From: Psammoneis japonica | Taxonomy: Eukaryota | Reading direction: 5' to 3' | Length of the DNA: 64,000 bases | Assembly (NCBI GenBank): GCA_008632985.1 | Contig: QPGO01000079.1 | Location: forward strand, 124,001-188,000 | Shown: positions 50,801 to 61,363 of the stretch, piece by piece | How the letters are laid out: each line of letters starts with the position of its first letter | How positions within the stretch are numbered: the first letter of the stretch is position 1 | Made by a program: the position numbers and the translations under genes | Notes under the pieces: model-generated | Database searches by the model: none | Told to the model about the DNA's origin: nothing | Seen by the model: the letters and a program-made list of their open reading frames with translations, nothing else

Positions 50801-53248
50801 CGGGGGCTGCACATTCTGCTGATGATCAAAAAACTGATGCCCAGCTTGTGGTGGATGCAACGCAACAAACTGTGCCACCAGTGTGCAGGTGCCAATGGCA
50901 TGGAACCTTTGGCACAACTTCTGAATGACAAGGACTCACTTGTGCTGGGCAGCTGCACATGGTGCACACTGTGTGGGGCAAGGGACAACAACAACCTGAG
51001 CTCTTTTCTCTTTTGTGTTGTGTGTCACAAGGCAAAAATGTCAATTGTCGACAACAGTGTTGGGCTTTGTCTGCAAAACACATTGAATGTTAGCTTCTTC
51101 TTGAGGCTTGAATCTGCCTCTGCCGCTGGTGTGCCTGAGGACCAGCCAGCAAAAGATCAGTCTTCCTGGTGAGCGGCATTTTTCCACTTGCCTGGCTGGG
51201 CACAATTTTGTCTCCACAACACATTGAATGAGTCATTGGCCAATTGGCACAGCATTGGGCAAGGTGTGCAAATGTTCCTTTGAATGCATTCTTTTGTGAT
51301 TGCCAACAAACTCAAGTGAGTTGAGGACAAAGTCTGACACAGGCTGCAGGCCATCCCCAACATGGTGCCCAGCAAGGTGCAGAGGAGCTTGAAGGCATGG
51401 GCAAAAAAGTGTGGCTCTGCATGGTGCAAAAAAGATGCTTCTTTGCTTGTGTGACTGCCTCACAATCTGTTGTGTTTTTGCTCTCTTGAGCCTGTCATCA
51501 TTCAGGTTCACAAACTTGGTGTGGGCTGGGTCCACCATGGCATGCAGAAAGGAGGGCAAGCTTGAGCACAAAAAGAGCGCCCTGACACAATGTGCTGCAT
51601 TGTGTTTTCTTTGTGCAAGCAGGAGATGAAATTTCTCATGTGGGCTCTGCTGCTTGCTGATGCCACACACTGCATGAGAACAAAAATGTGCAGTGCACAG
51701 CACAGCTTTGGCGGAGCTGTGGCAGCATTGTCAGCTGCCAGTGCAGCCAGCAGGGCAGAGTCAAAAGATGTCAGTGCAACAGTCATGATGACTTGTGCAG
51801 CAGCACAGCAAATTCAAAGTGACCGAACACAAACTTGTGTTTGCAAAGTGGGGGGGGGGGCAGAAATCTGATTTGAGAGAAGAGGAGCAGCCCAAAAATG
51901 AGGCTTTGGCTTTTGGAGTGGGGCAAAGTCAGAGCTGAGAAAGGCCAGGATTTGTGTGAGGCCACTCTGGGTGGTGTCGCCACTTGCAAGGAGAGTTGCA
52001 GTGGTGGTCTGTCTGCATGGTGATTTTGTGCATTTTTGCACTTTCTTCCATCCCTGCATCCCTGCGACCTCCAGCCTGATCCAGCTGGAGTCGGGTTGGT
52101 CCGGATCGGGCTGGAGGTGGCAGAGGGATGGACGAAAGTGCAAAACGTGCACAGAACTCATGCCGCATGGACAGACTGCTGATGCAACTCTCCTTGCAAG
52201 CAGTGACACCCAACTCCACAGGATTCAGTGCAGCCTGTCTTGAGCACCGTGGGTGCAATTCAGGCCCCTCGCTGTGGGAGAGTTGTTTTTGGCACCTCAT
52301 TTTTTCCCTGAGCCTGTCTTGTTTGGAGTCAATTTCTGTGCAGCCCCAGCTTGAAATGTTCCTGGAATTGCTTCAGATTCCATCAGAAAGCGGTGTTCCC
52401 AGATGTGGGTTGGGTGTTGTGAACCTGGGCACCCCTGTGGCTGCATCGTCGCAGCGCTGGCAAAGTGGGGAGGTCTTTTTGCAGAGAGCTCTGTCCTCGA
52501 CAGAGATTTGCACACCGACAGTTTGCAACTTTGGTCAGTGCAGTTGTGTGAAAGGTGTCTGGCTAAACTTCAGATTGCTGATTGCCAGCAGAGCATCTCC
52601 ACTTGTTGTTTGGCCTGACCAACCTCCCTGGATGGCATCGGACGTGGGACATCCAGTGAGGTCTGTGCGGCGCGCAGGCGGAAGAGGCGCGAGCGCGTGC
52701 AGAGCTGATGCTGCAGCGAGAAGTTGCGGAGGTCGTTCGCGCCACGCACCCAGAACACAAGAGAAACTTCCCGGATTGTTCGCGCAGCAACACGTCAGTG
52801 GCATGAAAACACGTGCTGAGCAGGTTTCAATGACAATCGTGCTGTGACGCACCAAGCCGCATGATGTTCCCAGTAGCGGGTGTAAAAACTCAAGTTATGA
52901 GTCAGTCGCGCCGCAGCAGCATCGTACGTACGAGTGGGTCACACCACAACAGCACAACGCCACTTCAACGTTGCTTGCATACGCACTTCACCTGTCTCTG
53001 ACGTGATACCTTTTAGAACTTTCCTGTGATAATTTATTTAAGGACTCGATACGACGGAACATTCCTGAAGGAGAAAGGAAGAATCCAGCCAAAGTGTCAC
53101 ATCTCTCGCAACCACTTCCTTGCACAAACAACACAAACAGTTCCTTTCCCAGGTTCATTTTTCGTTGACAACGAAATTTGAAACGACAGGATTTCATTTC
53201 CCTGCAGTGTGTTACCATTTATACAAAGTCTTTCCCTTCTTTTCAATC

Positions 53249-53593
53249 ATGCCGATCTCCATCAAGTCCATGTCCTCGGGTAACAACGGCCGCGAGGAGA
53301 AAATCTGCGAAGGCTGCGGTGTCCGTACTCACAAGGCCAAAAGGTTCGGCTCAAAGCCCGTCACTAACGCCTTCGTCTACGAAGGAACTTGCATGGCATG
53401 CCACCCAAAGGATGTCCCCCAGGACGTACGCGATGCACTCCAAGTTTATTACGTCAAGCAGGAGAAGAAGGCCCAGGAAAGCGCTGCAAAAGGGGAAGCA
53501 AGGCACGCCAAGCTCGTTCTCATGCTGCAGAAGTGCGAGGCTCTTGTATTAGAAATGATCGGGAAGAAAGGAAGGCTCCTTATCGAGCAGTAA
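53249..53593 (+). CDS. Small hypothetical protein with CxxCG..TH...GxCxxCHP putative metal-binding motif
   Basis: ATG 53249, coding-like GC3-rich composition, motif CEGCGVRTH...VYEGTCMACHP. Confidence 0.65.
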   Translation: MPISIKSMSSGNNGREEKICEGCGVRTHKAKRFGSKPVTNAFVYEGTCMACHPKDVPQDVRDALQVYYVKQEKKAQESAAKGEARHAKLVLMLQKCEALVLEMIGKKGRLLIEQ

Positions 53594-53759
53594 AGGAACC
53601 AGTCTCTCTAGTTTTGGATAATGCAGCATACGTAACGTCCCCTTGTTCACTCAGCACTGTATACTATGTAGGTCCTTTTTCGGCAAGGCATCGATCCTGT
53701 TGAGAATGATTCTCGAGGCCCACCATTTTAATCCTTTTTGGGCCTGGACCGGCCATGCA

Positions 53760-54560
53760 GTCTCTTTCGTGCAATTGCGTAATATTCATGGAACGGTTAA
53801 ACGTTACGCTGTTTTCCTACGCCTTGCATTTCTCTATGAAGCCTTCCTACTTGGCACCCAACGTTTCTTCCGGATTGACTTGACTCTGATCCAGCAAGTA
53901 ACTACCTGGTGTTAATCTGGGGTAAGCCGCAGAGTGATTGTGGCGACAGTAAGTTGACGTTTCGTTCCCTGCAGTAATTGTGAACACCGTGATCGTCTAT
54001 CACTGTCGTTGTAAACACGGCTCAAATAGTCGGGATCCGGTAGCAGCATTAACACGAGTTGCAGTGATTTGGGCATATCGCGATGGTATTGCTTGCGTTC
54101 AAGTTCGGCATCCGTGGTATGAGATTATCCAAAGAGTAACTACCGGTACGATCGTCATCTTTTTTGAGTTTTTCCCACTTGGGAGCCTTATTGCTATCCA
54201 CCACCAAGGTTCTTCCACTGGGTAGCTTCACCACGGCATCGGGTCTTCTGCCCAAGATTGACAGTGTCGGTTGCAATTCAAAAGATAATATCCCACTTAG
54301 TGCTTGTTCGAGACATGTCTTGAGGGGTGCCTCGCACTTTTTCTACCAGAAGCTTCGGTTGTAGTTCTCGCAAAAGGACTCTTTCCGATTCAATTTCTCC
54401 CGCATATTCCCACTTCACTGAATTTCTGTTTCAACTGAGTGTGGAACTTGACACACTCTATATCCTCCTTGCGAAACTGATGCCGTTTTCGCTTCAGTTT
54501 CCTCCGGTATTTTGTTTGCTTCCTCCAAATTATTTTCTGATACCAACAGAGTTTTCAGAA
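53760..54560 (-). pseudogene. RmuC-like PD-(D/E)xK nuclease-domain gene, frameshifted
   Basis: Across frames: GEIESERVL, FELQPTLSILGRRPDAVVKLPSGRTLVVDS.K.P, LVLMLLPD and NVNLLSPQSL, in the same order as RmuC motifs. Confidence 0.55.
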
Positions 54561-55060
54561 AACGTTGGACGTCAATACCACGCCGCCGCCTGACCTGTCA
54601 CTGCAAGACCATCGGCGCCGTACGGTATCGATCCAGGAGACGCATCACGGCGCTGATTTGTGAGTGAATAGTTTTGATTGATGATGCAAGATGAGTCACG
54701 CTCGGAAATGCAACAACCTAAACCGTAAACGTGTGACTCTCGATTCAATACTGTATGCATGAGCGTGTAGAGGACAACCCGGTGAAGTATGCTGTGTACC
54801 GCCCGGGGTAAGGTTACCGTAGTAGCATGGACGGCGACAAGAAGAAAGGCACGTCCTTGGGCACGTCACTGCGCCATGGTGATTTTGCGGTACGACGTAA
54901 ATTTTTTGAATTGTCGTCGTAGAAAATGTATGAGAGCCTACGTGATCGCTCCTTCAGACGTACGCAGTACGGACGTTGGAGCGAGCAACCGGCAACCACA
55001 ACAAAACAATGGTAGCCTGTATCGGTGCTTACCGTATTAATATTTTGGTCGCACTTGCCC

Positions 55061-56159
55061 ATGACACTCTCCCCTCACAGTTCCAACGGAGCTTCCACCA
55101 TTAGTACATCTTTCATCATTCTCGCCCTAGGCACCGCATATCGATCAGCAGCACTGTCTCCGAATTTTGCTCGTACCAAAACAAGAACCTTTTCGACGGT
55201 ACGAACAATGAGTGCATCATCTGTGACGAACAAGTTTGTGGATATCGGTGCAAATTTGCTGGATGAACGCTTTACAGAAGGATCATATCGTGGAAAAGTT
55301 CGACATGAACCAGACTTTGATCAGGTCGTAGAGCGTGCTTGTGCGATTGGAATGCAAAAAATGATCCTCACGGCCGGAACCGTGGCAGAATCCCAGCAGG
55401 CTCTTGTTCTTGCGAGAAAATTTAATAATACACGTGGAAGCAGCCTTTTCCACTCAACAGTTGGTGTCCATCCAACGCGAACTCTTCAAGAATTCGAGAA
55501 AAGGGATTGATCCACAAGAACGTTTAGAACAACTCGTGACAATCGCCAAGGACGGCATGCAAGACGGAACTGTTGTTGCAGTGGGTGAAATGGGTTTGGA
55601 CTACGATCGTCTCCAATTTAGTCCAAAAGATGTTCAGCAACGTGGTTTTGAGCTTCAATTGCAATTGGCGCAGGAGACTGGCTTGCCCCTCTTTCTGCAC
55701 AATCGCAATGTTGGCACTGAACTGTTCGACTTGCTGATAAAACACAAGGATAAATGGGCGAATGCCGGTGGCGTTGTTCATAGCTTTGACGATAGCTTTG
55801 AAGTCGCACAGAAGTTCATAGACGCAGGCTTGTATATTGGACTGAATGGCTGCAGTCTCAAAACACAAGAAAATCTGGACGTGGTGAAGAAGCTACCTCT
55901 GGATCGAATAATGCTGGAAACAGATTGTCCTTACTGTGATGTCAAGCGGACGCACGCGGGACATCAATTTGTGAAAACAACATTTCCGGCTGTAGCGGAG
56001 AAGAAGTTTGAGTCTGGATCCTGTGTGAAGGGACGAAACGAACCTTGCCACATTATTCAAGTGGCCGAAGTGGTAGCAGGTGCTCGGGGAGAGACGGTTG
56101 AGGCCTTGGCCAACGCGGCGTACGACAACTCTATGCGACTTTTCTTCAATCATAGCTAA
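55061..56159 (+). CDS. tatD: TatD-family DNase (TATDN1-like); one frameshift near 55500; possible N-terminal targeting presequence
   Basis: VDIGANL, STVGVHP, AVGEMGLDYDR, LPLFLHNR, GVVHSF, LETDCPYC, RNEP. Confidence 0.93.
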
Positions 56160-56419
56160 TAACAGATAACAAACTCGCAGTGCAAACAGCAGAAAGCAAT
56201 CTGAATGTAGAACTTGCCGGTACTTAAACTGAAAGAGATCTCTCTAAGAAGAAAGAACGGTGTGACCCTCCGAAGAGTCTAACTTGAAAAACAAACAGCA
56301 CCTTTCTCGCCTTGTCACATCCATGAATCATTAGGTATCATAAGCCGTCCCAAATAACCGATGCGTCATTTCATAACACCAAATCTTTGGAAACGTAGCT
56401 TCAGGGCATATGAAAAAGT

Positions 56420-56698
56420 TTAATCAGTCTTTTGTTGGGATGACCCATTCGTCACGGGAGCCGGAGCGGCTGCACCATTGTCTCGACGCTTCTTGACTCG
56501 TTCGTATTCTTTCTCAAAGAATGTCAGGGAAAGAAACAAACCGCCGCTTAAAAAGGCAAGAATAGCCATGTGGATTCTTGCAACACCAGCCACAGCGGCA
56601 CTCGCAGTCCCGAGAAACAAGCAGACAACGACAACCTTAACGAACGGCACCAAAAGAACGCCACCACCGGGTTCCATAAGCTGAGAAACAAAGGACAT
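56420..56698 (-). CDS. Small two-TM protein, Pkr1-like V-ATPase assembly factor
   Basis: MEPG, TM, xIH, TM, FFEKE pattern resembles Pkr1. Confidence 0.55.
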   Translation of the reverse strand: MSFVSQLMEPGGGVLLVPFVKVVVVCLFLGTASAAVAGVARIHMAILAFLSGGLFLSLTFFEKEYERVKKRRDNGAAAPAPVTNGSSQQKTD

Positions 56699-57158
56699 GA
56701 TGAGTGATATAACAGAGAGCAATGACACAGTTGGCAGCGGCGGAGCGGAGGGACTGGTTACGGTACTGTAGTTTCAAGTTGCGGCATTTATTGCGTTGCT
56801 CGCAATTGCTCGACAAAAGAATGAAAAAGCAATGATAACCGTTAGATAACGGCTAAATTCTTGTCGATCAGCACGCACATGGCCCATCTCCGCGCACCAC
56901 GCCAACTCGCGCACTCCCCGCGCGCTCGCAACTCGCAACTACAGGAAAATATCCTAGGGCCCTAGGGCTACTAAAAAAAAACTTGAACACCACGACCACG
57001 ACATCGTGAAGCATCGACATCGAGGTCGGTGTATGTATGGTAGGGCCCTACAAGGTTGGCCTAAAGTACGAATACCCCACTTCTTATATCCTCGACCACG
57101 CTCGTTCAATCATTTCTCGCTTCTTTATTTGTTCTAAGGCTTCACTTTCTGCGTGGAA

Positions 57159-58345
57159 ATGGATTGTGCTGCGGCTCGTCAAGAAAATGTTTCAATGGCA
57201 ACGGCCGACGATCAGCAGATCACCGTGGTAAACTTACCGGAACTTGGGTTGAACCTTTTCAAGTTCTTGAGCCTCAAGGAGCGTTGTATGTTTCTTGCGA
57301 CTTGCAAGTACCTTTGGAAACAACGACGTGATTTTCATAAGCCAGTGACAAACTATCGTTTTGAAGACTGTGACATGTATGCCAGACCAACAACCATTAC
57401 GAGTGGCTGTGTTTTGGCGAGTCTTGAGATGCTTTGGAGCCATTTTGAATGCCTTGAACGACTCGATTTAGGAGACTATGCCACAGACGAGTTCTTGCAG
57501 CTCATTTCTGGAAAAGAGAGTGAGCTTATTCCTAGCTTGCGAGAAATTTCAATGGTTGAATCAACTTGACGGATGAAGGACTAGAATACCTTTCACGTGG
57601 TGATGCAAGAGCAAAGAACTTGGAATCAGTGAACATTACATTTTGCCGAAATACAACTTATCAGGGAACCATGCCTCTCCGTGAGAGGCTTGTCAATCTA
57701 CGTGTCATTCGTCGTCAACCAGAATGGATGGATGGACATTTTCATACTCCGTTTGGCGGCGCATCCGACCCAAACCAGGTAGAGATTCACACCTACTGGC
57801 CGGATGGATCCTTCTCATTCAATCGAGATCAGCAATCCCGAGGATTCTTGTGCGACCTCCATGTTACAGGTCCGGGGATTGTGGAAGATAAAATACAGTT
57901 CAGCAACTTTTCACCACCAGAAGGTTGGCCTGATTTCACTCGAACCTGCTATCGACCGGGCGTTCTGCTCAAGAGACTTCCGGATGATGAATTGGAGAAT
58001 GGCGAGACAGTGAGCAGCGTGTTGGTAGCTCAACGTCTGCGTGGCTTACGACCGCCACAGAGCATTGAGATAATGCGGGTGGCCGAAGATTCAGTCCCTC
58101 TGGGTGAGACCCGGTATTATGATGAAGACGGGAGGGACACTAATGGCAACGCAAGAGATGGGAACTACCAAATGGTAAGCCGCATGCGCGTGTACCCGCT
58201 CGATCCTAGCGAAGGACTTTTGCCCCCAAAACAGTTGCTTGACGAAAACATGGCGATCTGCTCTGACTTAAGATCGCCGCATCATGAAGGAATGGGTGAA
58301 ATGTTGCTTCACAACGTTTTATTGTCTGGATGGGCGGATATATAA
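57159..58345 (+). CDS. F-box/LRR protein; one frameshift near 57566
   Basis: LPELGLNLFKFLSLKERCMFLATCKYLW (F-box); LERLDLG, LREISM..TDEGLEYL and LESVNITFC (LRR). Confidence 0.75.
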
Positions 58346-58831
58346 CAGGCCAGGTCGAATCATCGCATCTACCCTCTTACAGATTTTGCCATTTAGATGG
58401 TTTCAAGCAAAAAAGCTTGGCTGAGGCTTGTGGGGTGTTGAGCAGCAGCTTGAATGGCAACAAGCATCTGCGTATTCTGATTTGTATTGTAATTGATAGG
58501 ATCTATCGATAAGACGTACTCAAAAATGTACTTCTCTAGTAGCTAAGAGCTAGAGAGAGTAAATAGTGAGCAGATCTCCGGGAGAACCACCGTTTTGAAA
58601 CAAACATTTTTCGTCCGTTTCTCGCCTCCATTTGGCCCAGATTTAGATTTAGCGTTTTTGCACAGTTTTTGTGGTGTTTTGAGTGAACCGAGGGACGACC
58701 GAAGAAGAATCGATCATCTGCGGCAATGGTGAACGGTGGATGTCTGTTTTCAATCGCCCTCTGCAATTGCCTCATTAATATTATTTTTTGTTTTTCTCCA
58801 TCGTGTTGTCGCGGTGACAGCCTTCATAAAA

Positions 58832-60624
58832 ATGGCAACTGAAACTGTAGACGTAGTTGAGCCACCCAAAGAAGCTGCGGCTAGCGGTCCACCATTGAGC
58901 AATTTCTTCACAAGACGCAAACGATGGTGGCCATTTCTCATACTTCCTTATCTTGTTGGAATTTCCTGGGCAACAGTCCATCCGGTTCTCTCCATAATTA
59001 CAGGAGAACTAAAATGTCGGGGTTGGTATATTGACGAGAACGCGCTGGAATCCTCCAACTTTCAGACGGAACCGCCCTATCAAATTCCAATACGACGAGC
59101 ATTGAAACCGGGATCATTGAGCTTGTGCGAGACACTTTATTCCCCAGATCAAACAACAATGGCTGACACTATTTCTTGCCATCATTCTGAAACGGGTCTC
59201 TTTGATGTTGCTCGATTGGTGCCGATTTCAAACGCTATACAACCAAGAGCTGAAGTTCTTGTAGTGGTTGTTCCAGCACCAACTTCTGATTGGAATGAAA
59301 GTATTTTACACGCTTCAATGCTTCATTTGATAAAGAGAGTATCAAACTCTCAGACAGTTCCTTGGTTGGCCAAGACGATACTGTTTGTTTCTCCGGCGAC
59401 TCTGAACGTTTCACTGAACGACACGGTGTCGTCCTTTCTCGACTCATATCTATCAGAGGCATCATCAGGAAATGCTACAAACACAATACCGCCACTTCCG
59501 CCACTGTACACAAGCGGAATGATTCGAAACCTTATCATACTCGATAAACATGTGACAGAAACTGATACAGATACTCCAAACGAGCTACAGATTCTGCCTC
59601 AAGGCCGACGAGGCTTGTTACCAAATATGGATTTTGTCTTTGCGAGCATGACAACCTATGCCAAGGCAAGTTTCATTGTGAATTCTCGTCGTCAACCTAC
59701 CATTCTGCTGAGAATGCATCCATACGGCACAAAATCACAAAAATGGGAAAATTGGGTCAAATCCACCATACCTGCTAAGCTTGAGGAATGGGCTATTGAC
59801 CTTGGCAACATGATTTATTCGAGTACAGTCTAGCTTTTGGTCCTTATCCGCCGCATGCACCCGCTTTGGATCGTGGCATTGACGCGCTGACACTGCAACT
59901 GCGCATCAACAGTCAGTCATCAGAGCGACTGATTGTACCAGAATATGTGCAGCGACTCGAGTATATTCTTCACGCTCTCAGCAATCTCCACGAGCGATTG
60001 CACCATTCCATTACTCAATACCTTCTTCCGTCACCCACCAAGTTTGTTTCGCACAGTGAATACCTCCTACCCACCCTTTTGGTGCTACTCCCTCTTGCCA
60101 TGCGGGCTTCACTGCTTGGGCTGCTTCAAACCAAACAGTTCTGTATGCAATCCTTTCAGTTGGCGTTGTTTGTGGCTTGTCTGGTGGCTGCATTGGGCGT
60201 GGCATCATGCAATGTCCAGGCACTGCCAAGGATGAATACCTTTTATCAGCTCATATACGCCACTACGATTCTTCTTTCAAGTCGAGTCAAGAGCTTGGTC
60301 AAGGACAAGGTTGGTAGAAAGCAAACGCTACAGTTCCTGTCTTGTTTGGTGGCAATCTACGTGCATGTTCCACTTGCGATGGCGCACGTGTCCTTGGCGT
60401 TTCCTTCGGCTCTCTTGTGGACGCCACTCTTGGCATTTCCGTCGTATTGTGGCAGTGCCAACGCGGGTAGTAACATGTTGTGGACAAGGCTTGCGATTGT
60501 GATTCTTGTTGTCACGTGGCCACCCATTGCCTTGGTTCCGAGGATTTTCAGCTACTATACGCCATATGTGACTCTTGTTTACACACCGCTTCATTTGTTC
60601 CTTTGTCTCTTGTGGCTCGGATGA
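58832..60624 (+). CDS. GAA1: GPI transamidase component GAA1; one frameshift near 59812
   Basis: N-terminal TM, YIDENAL, PWLAK, GLLPNMD, GIDALT, LSNLHERLHHS, multi-TM C-terminus. Confidence 0.85.
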
Positions 60625-60755
60625 TTAAAATTGTAACTTTTGAAACAGATTATCAAGTTTACACTTACATTATATCTCAGCAAAAGACATCGTCGTAGTC
60701 TCTCTTTGTTGCTGTTTCAGAAGCAGGGCTCGCCGACGTCGTCGTAGAATCCCTT

Positions 60756-61363
60756 CCTTTATTTTCATCCTCGTCGTATTTTCTTTTGCCAGTTGAGATC
60801 CAAGTCTTCCGCATTGGATGAACTCGAGAAAGTCGCAGGCTGTCGGAACAAATTCACCATGACCAATGCGTGACTTTCGTGCGTCCCACACCAAACTGTT
60901 GCCAAAAGTTGGGATGCATTCTGACACCGAGTGATTGTTGCAATGCACCATGGACTCAGTTGGACAGTGCCGAGTGTTGTGGCAGGCCAAAGCACTGCCT
61001 TGTGATTTGGTGCCATTTCTTGCAGAGCAGATCACCTGCACACTTCTCAGCACAGCACAGCACAGCACAGCAAGCAATGAAGCACAGCCAGCCAGCATCC
61101 AGCTCTGTGCTCAGTGCCTTGGCCACCAAGCCAAAATGTTTGCAGCGTGCAAATTGTTCCAACCCCACCTTTGTTTCATCCTCGACGCATGTTTTGTGGC
61201 CAGACAAGATCCAAGTCTTCCACATTGGATTGACTTGAGAAAGGCACAGGCTGTCGCAACAAAATGGCCATGACCAAAATGAGCAGCAGGCCCTGCATTA
61301 TGCTGTTTTGTGGGTTGCGTTCAATGCGTGACTTTCATGTGCCCCAAACCAAACTGTTTTGCC
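60756..61363 (+). repeat. Diverged direct duplication (~60756-60903 and ~61168-61363)
   Basis: Shared AGATCCAAGTCTTCC.CATTGGAT, CAGGCTGTCG.AACAAA, CCATGACCAA, AATGCGTGACTTTC and ACCAAACTGTT. Confidence 0.8.

Larger units (their letters stand above)
41500..52600. other. Deeply decayed repeat domain lacking both TpA and CpG
   Basis: Nearly all pyrimidine-purine steps are TG/CA. Contains short diverged duplications (~43686/43857; ~44350-44780). Confidence 0.85.

Noticed and set aside
41500..52860. Dense overlapping Cys/His/Met-rich ORFs in all six frames (also 1-880, 9500-12700, 60700-63600)
   Set aside because: Loss of TA removes TAA/TAG stops and converts Tyr codons, which inflates spurious ORFs. 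They are not called as genes or metal-binding proteins.
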